DNA of 44,689 nucleotides from Stramenopiles sp. TOSAG23-2 (lineage: Eukaryota), in contig LT649292.1 in the NCBI GenBank assembly GCA_900128395.1, forward strand, positions 1 to 44,689, given 5' to 3'. The notes beneath the pieces are model-generated. The model was not told where the DNA came from, searched no databases, and saw only the letters and a program-made list of their open reading frames with translations. The position numbers were made by a program, and so were the translations under genes. Of the stretch, positions 1-10,530 are shown piece after piece (positions within the stretch are counted from its first letter, which is position 1; each line of letters begins with the position of its first letter).

Positions 1-715
1 TCTAATGGAAGAATTGTATATAGATCTGATTTATATATATCGTATATATATTTCATTTATTTTGTAGTTTGATATATTATTAATTACTTTATAGTTATAT
101 ACATTATATATTATACCAGTATACAGAGCGGAGAGGTATGAATGATGTTGTTGCGTATAGTATTATTTTTTATAATGCCACCAGGGGAATGTAATCTGGT
201 AATCTGGTAATGTTTTAATGTTAATGTGCTAATAATAAATTACCTGGTATAATTATTAAATATAGTCCTATTCCCTATTCCATATAATATAAAAACCTCT
301 ATTCCCTATTATTAAAATACAGGTATTACAGTATAAGTAGTATGTGAATGCCACAATGGTAAATGAAAACGGATCATTTTTCCCACAGAAAAAAACACTG
401 CAATCGATCCCACGGCCAGAACCCTAAGGCCAGTTTTTAATGCTATGTAGTGCTAAATTTTCCGTAAGTAATTAATGCACAGACGCCAGCCTTCTGGCCG
501 CCGACCGAGGAGGCATTTCCTGGTGGGTTGCAAAAAATATATACTGTATATCTGTATAATATTACATGTATTAATATTAATATTATAACAACAACGTATA
601 TGATCGATTTGAAAAATGTATGATATTTGATAGAAGTATATTAGGTTACGAGTAACAATATACCATTACAGGATACGACATTGATAACATTGTACATACA
701 TAGAATAACTAAATA

Positions 716-2560
716 ATGCATAAACAATCAGAAGATGAAATGGTAATTGTCAGGATTCATGGTCCATGGGGAATATCAAGAATAAAAATACATAAAAGTG
801 ATTCTTTAGCAGATTTGAAACGTTTTATTAGTGAAAGAGTTGAAGGCTTACCGCGTTCATCAATATCTATTTCTTTGTTTCTTGATCAACATTGTAGTCG
901 TTTGTTTGATGGTGATGATTCATCAACATTAAGAACTTTGGATGTAGAGAATGGGGATATATTTTATGCAAGACCGTCTTCACAAATGGAACAAATAACG
1001 TCAACATCTTCGTCTAAAGATAATAATACTTCTACTGCTAATAATAATAATAATAAAACTATGATGTCTTCGTCTATAAATAATGATAATAAAAATAGCA
1101 CAAGCAATTTATCAAATTCAAGGCTATTGATACCAAAAGACACAACATCAGAAGATTTTTTGGCATCACTAACCATGCATGCATCTTTGGAACCGGGCGA
1201 GAATGGGGCGGTGCGCGTTATAGGTGGTAGTTTAAAAATACAAGCAAATGATTCATTTTCAAAAACTGCTCAAAATTTAAATCGTAGATATTTAGTTAAT
1301 AATAATAATAATACACGTGATGAAAAAAATAGTAATGGTCATAATAATAGTAAATATAATATGTCTTCGAAATATATAGATCCAACTATGAATGGTAAAA
1401 TGATAGATGTACAAGGAAGATCAATTTATTGTAGTTGGGGGGAATATTTAAAACATAGGGGCTGGACTGCAAACAACAATAGTTCCTTCTCCTTTGATTT
1501 GGAAGTCATACCAAAGTCACAAATTATACGACGCGGTGGTGCACCAAACAAAGTTCCACATCCAATTTCATTGAAAAAGCAAACTTATAGACATGTAGAT
1601 TATGTAGAATTTTTCAATTTAAACGAGGTGAACAATTTCGTGAGTTTCTGGTTAAATCACGGGATGCTTGTGCAACGAGTAGGTTTATTGTATGGGAGGT
1701 ATGAAAATGATGAAAATATAGATGTTGGCAGTACAAAAATAGCAATTCATGGAATATATGAACCACCTCAAACTGTAAGCGATACGGGTGGTGTTCAATT
1801 ATTACATGATCCAGATGAACACAATGTAACGAAAATCACAAAAGCAGCTGGGCTAGATCGTGTAGGTTGGGTATTTACGCATCCGCCGCGCAATCAGGCG
1901 ATAACTGCCGCGGAAGCACATTTGATGGCAAAGTTTCAAAATGCTCATTTACGAGTAGATGATATTACAGGATTGAAAAGGTCACAGTTTGCATGTTTAA
2001 CAATTACGAAAAATGTTGCTGGGCATGTTGTACCTCGTGCCTTTATGGTATCCGATCAAGGAATGGTAATGGATCGTTCTAAAATGTGGGCACAAAGCTC
2101 TAATCCATATTATTGCAAAGTAACAGAAGCAGTTCCAGGGAAAATATTGCCTGCTGTTAAAAAGACATCTGCCCCAGAAGCATTGAAGATGTTTGAACCA
2201 GACTTAGTATTGGTACCAATACCATGTGGTCAAATACGAATAGATCCAAAACAACCAGCAACTATGGCAGCACAGAAATATCAAACACGTCAACTGTTTT
2301 ATCATGCTAAATTTCCGGTTGAAAATAGAACCCAATTTGGGGAAGTACAAAATGAAAATACCATCCGTACATTTTTGTCACAAAATTCAAATCAAACCAT
2401 GGAGCAACGCGTATCTGATTTTCATTTATTGTTATGTATGTCAAAATTGTTTACTGTTGATATTGCTATAAGTATTGCTAAATCGATAGGTGAAAAAAGT
2501 ACATTGGATGATTATTGCCGTGCATGTATGAATGCGTTTATGGAGCATAAAAGGATATGA
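716..2560 (+). CDS. NPL4: NPL4 family protein (Cdc48/p97-Ufd1 cofactor): N-terminal ubiquitin-like domain plus MPN-like domain
   Basis: N-terminal VIVRIHGPWGISRI..LDVENGDIFY (UBL-like); ISLKKQTYRHVDYVEF, QRVGLLYGRY, IYEPPQ, GLDRVGWVFT, AFMVSDQG, FPVENR and SDFHLLL are typical NPL4 motifs. Confidence 0.9.
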   Translation: MHKQSEDEMVIVRIHGPWGISRIKIHKSDSLADLKRFISERVEGLPRSSISISLFLDQHCSRLFDGDDSSTLRTLDVENGDIFYARPSSQMEQITSTSSSKDNNTSTANNNNNKTMMSSSINNDNKNSTSNLSNSRLLIPKDTTSEDFLASLTMHASLEPGENGAVRVIGGSLKIQANDSFSKTAQNLNRRYLVNNNNNTRDEKNSNGHNNSKYNMSSKYIDPTMNGKMIDVQGRSIYCSWGEYLKHRGWTANNNSSFSFDLEVIPKSQIIRRGGAPNKVPHPISLKKQTYRHVDYVEFFNLNEVNNFVSFWLNHGMLVQRVGLLYGRYENDENIDVGSTKIAIHGIYEPPQTVSDTGGVQLLHDPDEHNVTKITKAAGLDRVGWVFTHPPRNQAITAAEAHLMAKFQNAHLRVDDITGLKRSQFACLTITKNVAGHVVPRAFMVSDQGMVMDRSKMWAQSSNPYYCKVTEAVPGKILPAVKKTSAPEALKMFEPDLVLVPIPCGQIRIDPKQPATMAAQKYQTRQLFYHAKFPVENRTQFGEVQNENTIRTFLSQNSNQTMEQRVSDFHLLLCMSKLFTVDIAISIAKSIGEKSTLDDYCRACMNAFMEHKRI

Positions 2561-2971
2561 AGTTATTCTGGAGAAAGAAAGAAAGAAAGAAAAGAGAGGT
2601 CCAAAAGCGAGAGAGAGACACAGAATACGCACATTAAATAAAATATGAAAACAAAATATTGTTTCTCACGGCACCACGTGTGTTATAACAGTGTACGAAG
2701 TTTTGGTGTATTGAAATCATAACTGCGTATTTTTACAGTATTTATATATTAATAATAAGCATATATTATAATACATTCATACCCCCACCACCACCACACA
2801 GTAAAATAATAATAATACTCATAATATATCCAATATGATATAAAATACTATTATCATACAAATAATTGTTAATATACTATATAAATATATATATATATAT
2901 AGATACATACGTACAATAGTAATATATTCTAATAATAATAATAAAGTCAGCATATATATCATTCAATAATA

Positions 2972-3607
2972 ATGTATAGAATAATTATTGCATTTATATT
3001 TGTATTAAATGTACAAAACTTTTGTCCATCAATAGCAATAAATGTACAACCGTTAACCGACAAAAATTTTGAACATTTAACACAAGCATCTTCAGGAATG
3101 ACCACTGGTGCTTGGTTTGTTAAATTTTATGCACCTTGGTGTGGTCATTGCAAAGGTTTAGCACCAACATGGGAAGAATTAGGCGTGGAATTGAAAACGG
3201 AAATGACAGTTGCAAAAGTCGACTGTACTAAAGAAAAAATGACATGTAAAAGGTTTGGCGTACGTGGATATCCAACTTTAATTTTATTAAAAAATAGTTT
3301 GCAATATCGATATGCTGGTGAACGAAATAAAAAAAAATTACTTGAGTTTGCGCGTGTGAAAGGTACGGATGAAGATGACGATGACGATGAAGGTATGGTT
3401 ATACCAAAACCAAGAAGTGCTATGGAACAATTTATTGGTGATACAACAGCAATGTTGAATAAAGATTTAATTGAATTATGGCGATATAAAAAAACTGCAA
3501 TTGGTTTTACATTATTTATTGGATTTATGTTGGGTGTCGTAGTTGGTTGTTTGTTTAGTGGCGGTAGTACTTCTTCTTCTTCATCACCAAAACGAAAAAA
3601 TGAATAG
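2972..3607 (+). CDS. ER membrane thioredoxin-domain protein (TMX/PDI-like)
   Basis: Signal peptide, WFVKFYAPWCGHCK active site, GVRGYPTL, C-terminal TM helix, dilysine-type tail KRKNE. Confidence 0.9.
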   Translation: MYRIIIAFIFVLNVQNFCPSIAINVQPLTDKNFEHLTQASSGMTTGAWFVKFYAPWCGHCKGLAPTWEELGVELKTEMTVAKVDCTKEKMTCKRFGVRGYPTLILLKNSLQYRYAGERNKKKLLEFARVKGTDEDDDDDEGMVIPKPRSAMEQFIGDTTAMLNKDLIELWRYKKTAIGFTLFIGFMLGVVVGCLFSGGSTSSSSSPKRKNE

Positions 3608-3800
3608 AGAGAGAGAGAGAGGAAAAAGGGAAAATATGTGTGTGTAAATTAAAAAAAATACAACATGCACATCATTCATATTTATATAATATATACGTTC
3701 GTATTATAATATATTACGACAATTATAATCTCTGTGTTATATGTGCGTTTAAAAAACATTTTTTATAAAATATGTGCATATAATTTTTCTCCTTTTCAAA

Positions 3801-4814
3801 TCAAGCTGTTTGGTTGTTGTTACTACTATTATTATTACTATTATTACTATCAACGTTACTATTATCTGTACTAGGTTTTGGTTCAATATTACCATTATTT
3901 GTTGCAGTAATATTATTGCTTTCACCCGCTTCAACATTGCTAATTTCACTTTTTGCTACTGGTGCGAAAAAATTATTAATTGTATTATTTTGTTCCTGTT
4001 CAGTAGCTGCACCAACTGCACTATTACGCTTTTTAGAAACTTTTGAACGGCGATTAATTGGTGGAAAATCTTGTGCTAAAAATAACATTTGTTCATTTTT
4101 ACGTACAGTTGCAGAGATATCTTCATATTTAATCATCTTTTTTTTCGTTTTTTTACATACACTAAATGCTTCATCGGTCAATTGGCCAAGAAACAGCTCA
4201 GTGCACCATTGAACAAGCAAAGTAGCTTCCTTGGAAGTTCCTTTAACTTCTTTATCCAATTTCATAATTTTTCTAACTCTTGCCGTTGGCAATATATCCA
4301 CAATACGAGGTGGACCCATCATACCATCAGGTCCAAATTTAGCAGCTTCGAATAATTTCAATTGGTTATTGTATTCTTCCAAGTCTTCCTCGTATTGTTG
4401 TTGCAGTGGAATACGTTGCGCACTGTATTCCGCCTTTTTCTCGTCTGAAAGTTCGTTCCATAAACGTCCCAATTCTTTCCCAATCTGACCGATACCCCAT
4501 GTTGGAAATTTTTCCCGAACACTACTTCGAACTTCATTCATAAATATAAAATAAGCAGATTGTGGCCTTTTAGGTTTCACTGGTGGCATACTATTATCTC
4601 TGGCGGGTTTTTTACTATTGGTAGCACTACTGTTACCATTACTATTACTACTACTATTGTTATTGGACATTTGATCATCTCCATCTACGTATTCCGATTG
4701 AAATGATTCCACATGTTGTTCATTCATATCTGTATCCATTTCTTTCGCTTCCCCATTTTCATTTTTCGTTTTTGTTGGGCTTGGTGCTTCGTTTGTTGTT
4801 GTTATCGATGCCAT
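3801..4814 (-). CDS. HMG-box protein fused to an H2A-like histone fold (NF-YC/DPB3/CHRAC1-like)
   Basis: KPKRPQSAYFIFMNEVR..IGKELGRLWNELSDEKKAEY (HMG box), then LPTARVRKIMKLDKEV..TELFLGQL..KKMIKYEDI..MLFL (histone fold). Start placed at ATG 4814 (MASITT) because the ORF extension to 5075 only reads through an AT-rich tandem duplication. Confidence 0.88.
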   Translation of the reverse strand: MASITTTNEAPSPTKTKNENGEAKEMDTDMNEQHVESFQSEYVDGDDQMSNNNSSSNSNGNSSATNSKKPARDNSMPPVKPKRPQSAYFIFMNEVRSSVREKFPTWGIGQIGKELGRLWNELSDEKKAEYSAQRIPLQQQYEEDLEEYNNQLKLFEAAKFGPDGMMGPPRIVDILPTARVRKIMKLDKEVKGTSKEATLLVQWCTELFLGQLTDEAFSVCKKTKKKMIKYEDISATVRKNEQMLFLAQDFPPINRRSKVSKKRNSAVGAATEQEQNNTINNFFAPVAKSEISNVEAGESNNITATNNGNIEPKPSTDNSNVDSNNSNNNSSNNNQTA

Positions 4815-4866
4815 ATTTTTTGTATATATATAATATATATATGTGTGTGTGTGTATGTATGTATGA

Positions 4867-5062
4867 ATGAATCGTATATTTTGTAGGTATATAATATTTA
4901 TTCTTATTCTTGTATATATATATCTACATAATATATATATATTGTTGTGATATGTATTTCTCCTTATGAATCGTATATTTTGTAGGTATATAATATTTAT
5001 TCTTATTCTTGTATATATATCTCTACATAATATATATATTGTTGTGATATGTATTTCTCCTT
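4867..5062. repeat. Near-perfect tandem duplication, unit ~99 bp, upstream of the HMG/histone-fold gene
   Basis: atgaatcgtatattttgtaggtatat...gatatgtatttctcctt at 4867-4965 and 4966-5062; copies differ in the (TA)n tracts. Confidence 0.92.
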
Positions 5063-5501
5063 GTTGTTTGTACATTCTAATTTTTCTAGTAATAAAAAAT
5101 GAAGTTTTCTATCTTGTTGCGCGATGTGGTGTGAGTCGTGTGGTGTGTGATCTTCATTCATTTTTTATTATTTTTGTTGTTTGTTGAATTTGATAATTTG
5201 AGGTATGTTTAATGTTGTGGCCCTGTTGCCGCCATCTGTTTTAGTTTATTCAAATCTTTTTTTGGAAATTATCACACTTTTCAAGCACAAAAAAACAGTA
5301 TAGCTCCCAGGGGAGCTCCTTTCCTATATATTATGGCGTCTAAAATTATACCTTAATTGGCCACACAGCAGAGATACTCCTCATACTATATGGCCTTCCA
5401 GCCTTCCAGCCTTCTTCTTTTTTTTTCTAGTTCAACAATTGCTGGAATTATTTTATTTACAATGCACCAATGTTGTGCCAATATTGAATATTGAATGTTA
5501 T

Positions 5502-5677
5502 AAACTAAAATAAAATAAAATATTGAATACATAAATCCTTCTGTACATTAACATATATGGAGGACAATTGATTTCACTAGATATAGACCAAACTAAAATA
5601 AAATAAAATATTGAATACATAAATCCTTCTGTACATTAACATATATGGAGGACAATTGATTTCACTAGATATAGACC
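5502..5677. repeat. Perfect tandem duplication, unit 88 bp
   Basis: aaactaaaataaaataaaatattgaatacataaatcc...cactagatatagacc at 5502-5589 and 5590-5677. Confidence 0.95.
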
Positions 5678-5705
5678 ATTGTTACAAAGTACCAACATTT
5701 AAAAT

Positions 5706-5849
5706 ATGGAAGCATATGGTGGTGCACATGTAGTTAATGGATTTGACATATTGTTCATAGTATTATTAATTTTATCAATAGCGGTTGCATTTAAAATGTT
5801 ATTGAAACCAAAAAATAATAATAATAATAATGTAAATAAAAATCAGTGA
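5706..5849 (+). CDS. Putative 47-aa single-pass membrane microprotein (not in the ORF track)
   Basis: Hand translation MEAYGGAHVVNGFDILFIVLLILSIAVAFKMLLKPKNNNNNNVNKNQ*: one hydrophobic helix, a basic flank and a poly-Asn tract like other coding sequences here. Confidence 0.5.
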   Translation: MEAYGGAHVVNGFDILFIVLLILSIAVAFKMLLKPKNNNNNNVNKNQ

Positions 5850-6076
5850 AAAAATAAAATGTAAAAAATCATTCAGAAAGTATATATATACGCTTTTATA
5901 TAATACCATCAAACGTACGAAATTATTTTATCAAAAAATATGATAGATATGTGTGATATATGTAATTTATTTTTTATTTTTTAATAGACTTGGAGGATAT
6001 AATATGAAAAAATATATATGATATTTAATTCTGCATATCATAATATACATACTGATACGAACGTAATATTAATAAT

Positions 6077-6233
6077 ATATTATTATCATATATAATAATT
6101 AAGTTATCACTGGACCGTTTTTAAGTATATATATATATATATATATATATAACTATCACCACTATGAGATATATTATCATATATATTAATAATTAAGTTA
6201 TCACTGGACCATTTTAAGTATATATATATATAT
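6077..6233. repeat. Imperfect direct duplication (~92 bp offset) with (TA)n tracts
   Basis: taataattaagttatcactggacc..ttttaagtatatatatat occurs twice (~6093 and ~6188). Confidence 0.85.
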
Positions 6234-6246
6234 ACGAACACATATA

Positions 6247-7353
6247 TTATATTATATTCGTAGTTGATATCCCATCATTTTCCTTTATATATCCATATAA
6301 TATTTGTTTAATTGTTTCATCTTTTTTCTCAGATTTATATTTTTCTTTTTTCAATTTTATTTTATATTCTTCATATAAACGGCGGAGTACCGGCATATAT
6401 TCTTTTTCTACCACACCTTGCTTTTCGGCCGTTCCTGATTTTGTTGTAACATTGCCATTATCATTATTTGATGAACTTGTAAAATATGAATATGACGATG
6501 CAACCGATGTTTTTTTACTTCTATCTGGGTTATAATATTCACTAACTGAGGTTCTTCGATCGTATTTAATTGGTGATTTTTTATTATTTGTCGTTATTGT
6601 TGCTGCTGATGCTGTCGTTGTTGTTAAATTATGATATGGAACGGAATCATCAATTATCTCGTTTGCTGGTAATTTGGATAAATCCTTTACAGCATTTTGT
6701 CTTTTTAATAACAAGTCGCTTCTCTGATGTTTTTTTTTGTTATTACTTAATATCGTTGTTTCGCCAGTTGTTTTATTCATCAATGTCACCCCATCATCAG
6801 TAATCTTATTTTTTGACAGAGTAGTTAAAATAGTTCTTGTAATTTGTGGAGTTTCAAATAATGCGGTACGTATAAGGACTGTAACAACATCTCCATTTTC
6901 CACAATAAAGGTCTTCTTATCAAATATAATTCTAGTATTTTCATACCAGCGATTTAATCCGCTGTAGTACATACATTATTCATGGATGAATGATGTGTTA
7001 GAATGGATATATTTTACAAGTTCAAGGTGAATAGAATATACTTACTATCTTAATCTTTCATAACCCCAATGATCTATAGCCGATCGAGTTAATTTTTTTA
7101 CTTGTTTTGCTTTATATGTATAAGCAATCCATGAATTTATACTTTTACGTAATGATAAATTTAACCAGAATTTCATTGCTATTCTAATTTCATCAAATTT
7201 ATTTTTACGAGTAGCACCTTGTTGTTTTCGCTTTGAATGTTGTTGACTTTGTTTCAATATATCAGTTAAGAAATTACGTTTCCCACCGGCTAATTTTGAA
7301 AAAAATAACGATGCTTTTTTATTATCACCATTACTATTTACGACACGTGGCAT
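6247..7353 (-). CDS. Two-exon hypothetical protein with Sfi1-like Trp repeats (exons 7353-7046 and 6961-6247; intron 6962-7045)
   Basis: Donor GTAAGT at 7045 and acceptor TACAG at 6962 join the two ORFs in frame (..GYERLR-Y-GLNRWY..). AMKFWLNLSLRKSINSW and AIDHWGYERLRYGLNRW resemble centrin-binding Sfi1 repeats. Confidence 0.7.
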
Positions 7354-7441
7354 AAAATTATTATTAAAAATTCACCAAATCTATCCAAAAAAATAACGAT
7401 GCTTTTTTATTATCACCATTACTATTTACGACACGTGGCAT
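7299..7441. repeat. 55-bp direct duplication of the start-codon region of the 6247-7353 gene
   Basis: aaaaaaataacgatgcttttttattatcaccattactatttacgacacgtggcat at 7299-7353 and 7387-7441. Confidence 0.92.
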
Positions 7442-7728
7442 GAAATCCCGAAATATATTATCATTATTCGTGAGGTGTGTTTTTAGTTTCCATTTTTTTA
7501 TACCTAGTATGTGGTAACGTTTCTATATACAGGTAAGTTAAAATAAGGTTTGTACATATATCTATTGAGGAGATGCTTTTTGTATTCTATTTTTATATCA
7601 GCACATCACAGGAACAAATATTGATATATTTCAACCGTACTCTGTTACTTTTCTATTTACTTAAATTATAGAGACAATACACATTTAGTCCTATATGGAA
7701 TTAACCTCACAACATCATTGTGACCTAA

Positions 7729-8399
7729 TAGTAACTACGAGTCGTAAACCTTAACCTACTGTTTATGCGAATAACATAGCGGGGTTTCCTGAGTAGGGCC
7801 AATAAAGGAAGGAGTAAATATTTTAAGGGAATACATGTGTACATGATCCATGTGGCAAATTATACGAGGCCTCGTACTGGTAGCTACCTCGTACATTCTA
7901 CCGATCAGGTATCGCAATTATTATTGACATTTTGATATTTATATTACAGCCTTATGGAGGAAGCGAATAATTGGGGCAAGATTACTAAAGTGTTGTGGCA
8001 GAAATACCATTGGTCGTAGTATGTCTGCTGTATATACAATGTTTAAAGATAAGAAAATGGAATTAATGATATTCGCTACCGGAAATATATCGGGAAACAG
8101 GGACTGCATCGAAGGAAATTGAAGATAAAACATTTTCAATGAGGATAAAACGAGAAAAAACAACATCAAAGGACAAAGCCACAGTGTAGTAATTTACTCA
8201 TGATAATTTCTACTCTTTCAAAAGAATACATAGTAACTAAACCTTAACCTGCGCACCAGCTGCCAAGCTTACATGAGAATTCTCTCTGACTGTACCTGGT
8301 ATGTATTAGTATAGTTGTTTCCTGAGTGACGAGGCCCCTTAATTAAAATAAAGGAAGGAGTAAATATTTTAAGGGAATACATGTTAATGTGTACATGAT
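7729..8399. repeat. Two degenerate direct-repeat blocks (~7729-7848 and ~8231-8399) flanking a ~380 bp spacer; probable mobile element remnant
   Basis: Shared ordered motifs tagtaacta, taaaccttaacct, tttcctgagt and aataaaggaaggagtaaatattttaagggaatacatg..tgtacatgat. Confidence 0.7.
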
Positions 8400-8507
8400 T
8401 ATAAATATAAGAAGCTTATTATATAAATATAAATATTATATATATATAAATTATATATGTATTTTTGTATAAAAGAGTATGTACACTATGTAAAGATATA
8501 CAAAAAG

Positions 8508-8704
8508 ATATGATTACTCTCCTCTAGTATAACCTCACACAACACATACATAAAGATGTTATTGTCACCATCATACCAGAATCACCATGCCATTACACGG
8601 CGTATATGATTACTCTCCTCTAGTATAACCTCACACAACACATACATAAAGATGTTATTGTCACCATCATACCAGAATCACCATGCCATTACACGGCGTA
8701 TATG
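8508..8704. repeat. Perfect tandem duplication, unit 96 bp, covering the 5' UTR and first codons of the sulfurtransferase gene
   Basis: atatgattactctcctctagtataacc...ccattacacggcgt starts at 8508 and at 8604. Confidence 0.95.
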
Positions 8705-10190
8705 TATGATTCAAAGAGCATTATGGTTCTCCTCATCAACAACAAAAAGTAATAGACAAAATGTTTTAATGTCTACTGATGATTTATTACATAAAATTAA
8801 TTCAGGAAATAAATCTTTGTACATTTTTGATGCATCTTGGCATATGCCAGCTGCTAACCGAGATGGCAAAGCAGAATTTATACAACATCGGATACCAGGA
8901 AATACACATTTTTTTGATATTGATCGTCTTGCGGATATAAATACTGATTTACCACACTCATTTCCAAACAAAGATATTTTTCAGAATTATATAAATAACG
9001 ATATTCAATTAGTAAATAATTCAGAAGTTGTTGTTTATGATTCTGTTGGTATGTTTAGTGCCGCGCGATGTTGGTATATGTTTAAGTACTTTGGTCATCC
9101 AAATGTAAAAATGTTAGATGGAGGTTTAACAAAATGGATTAGTGAAAATAAACCTATTGTTTCTGGAGATGAAGCTCATCATTTTAACGATACAAATAAT
9201 AATATTTTTCAAGCATCTGATCATTTAGACTCATCCACATCAATTGTTCCTTTGATTGATATGGATCCAAACAATACTAAATCTTCTAGTAGTGACATGA
9301 ATCAATTCACTATTTTAGATGCTAGGTCATCTGATCGATTTTATGCAAAAGTTTCAGAACCAAGGGCAGGTATACGTTCTGGTCATATTCCTGGATCCAA
9401 CAATATCCCATTCAATACACTGCTTAAAAATCCAAGTGACATGGATTCATTTTTAGAAGACAAAGAGTTATTGAAATTATTTCATGATGCAGGAATAGAT
9501 TTATCCAATGATTCAAAACCAATAGTAACTACATGTGGATCCGGTGTTACTGCATGTGTCATCATAGCTGCAATGGAAATATTAGGTAGAACAAATAAAG
9601 TTCGACTTTTTGATGATAGTTGGACTGGCTATGGTGGTAGTGACTTTGAAGTTTCAATTAAAAATAAAAAATTAATCGACAAGCTATTTGCAAAATGTGA
9701 TATACGTGTTGGTGAAATGTTAAAAGTTACTCCAGTATTTGGAAGTGACAAATTATACTGCGAAGAAATTGATGTTGGCGAGGAAAAGCCTAGGCAAGTT
9801 GTTAGTGGTATAGCACCATATTATACACCAGAAGAATTAGTAGGTAAAAAAGTATTGGTTGTGTGCAATATAAAAAAGAACAAAATTAGAAAAGTTGATT
9901 CGTTTGGAATGATTCTTTGTGCGGAAGATACGGAGAGTGGAATAGTAGAAATTGTTGAACCACCAAGTCATGTAAAAAATGGAGAGCAAATATTTTTAAT
10001 TGGTGAATTTGAAAAGGATATAACAACTGCAAATCAAATGAAGAAAAGGAAAATATTTGAAAATGTTGTCACACATTTAAAAAGCAATGATAACTGTATA
10101 GCAACGTTCGATGACATCCCGTTAATTGTTGGAAATGATAAGAACAATATTTGTATGGTAAAAAATGTTAGAAACGGTTGGATAAAATAA
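8652..10190 (+). CDS. 3-mercaptopyruvate sulfurtransferase (tandem rhodanese) fused to a C-terminal EMAPII/Arc1/Trbp111-like tRNA-binding OB domain
   Basis: FDASWHMP, HRIPG, AARCWYMFKYFGHPNVKMLDGGL, LDARSSDRF, EPRAGIRSGHIPGS, active loop TCGSGVTAC; then DIRVGEMLKV..DKLYCEEIDVGEEKPRQVVSGI..VVCNIK..SFGMILCA..IVEPP; Arg/Ser-rich, acid-free N-terminus. Confidence 0.92.
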   Translation: MLLSPSYQNHHAITRRICMIQRALWFSSSTTKSNRQNVLMSTDDLLHKINSGNKSLYIFDASWHMPAANRDGKAEFIQHRIPGNTHFFDIDRLADINTDLPHSFPNKDIFQNYINNDIQLVNNSEVVVYDSVGMFSAARCWYMFKYFGHPNVKMLDGGLTKWISENKPIVSGDEAHHFNDTNNNIFQASDHLDSSTSIVPLIDMDPNNTKSSSSDMNQFTILDARSSDRFYAKVSEPRAGIRSGHIPGSNNIPFNTLLKNPSDMDSFLEDKELLKLFHDAGIDLSNDSKPIVTTCGSGVTACVIIAAMEILGRTNKVRLFDDSWTGYGGSDFEVSIKNKKLIDKLFAKCDIRVGEMLKVTPVFGSDKLYCEEIDVGEEKPRQVVSGIAPYYTPEELVGKKVLVVCNIKKNKIRKVDSFGMILCAEDTESGIVEIVEPPSHVKNGEQIFLIGEFEKDITTANQMKKRKIFENVVTHLKSNDNCIATFDDIPLIVGNDKNNICMVKNVRNGWIK

Positions 10191-10369
10191 ATATTATACA
10201 GTTCGTATGTATTACGCGTATGCCATACATACAAGGAAAAAAATAATTGTTGGAAATGATAAGAACAATATTTGTATGGTAAAAAATGTTAGAAACGGTT
10301 GGATAAAATAAATATTATACAGTTCGTATGTATATATATGTATGCCATACGTACATACAAGAAAAAAAA
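10123..10369. repeat. Tandem duplication (offset 121 bp) of the sulfurtransferase 3' end, stop codon and 3' UTR
   Basis: taattgttggaaatgataagaac...ggataaaataaatattatacagttcgtatgt starts at 10123 and at 10244. Confidence 0.92.
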
Positions 10370-10530
10370 TGGATATTTTCACATCATGTGTAACAGAAAA
10401 TTTACATTTCTCGTACTCTGATAATACCACATTATTCATTTTAAAAAATATAAAATATATTTATGTGTGTATGTAAGAGAAAATTTTTATATTTATTGTG
10501 TACGAACCTCGTATTTATATAATATATATT

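Noticed and set aside
420-427. AACCCTAA telomere-like word
   Set aside because: Single copy; could be a telo-box but cannot be distinguished from chance
4815-5075. 87-aa N-terminal extension of the HMG/histone-fold ORF
   Set aside because: Starts at a non-ATG codon and translates an AT-rich tandem duplication and (TA)/(CA) microsatellites
5645-5680. Selenoprotein or readthrough start ATG GAG GAC AAT TGA
   Set aside because: A TAG follows two codons later and no SECIS-like structure was seen
7930-8170. Possible coding remnant between the direct-repeat blocks
   Set aside because: Slightly GC-richer, but no frame gives a recognisable protein and the plus frames are interrupted by stops
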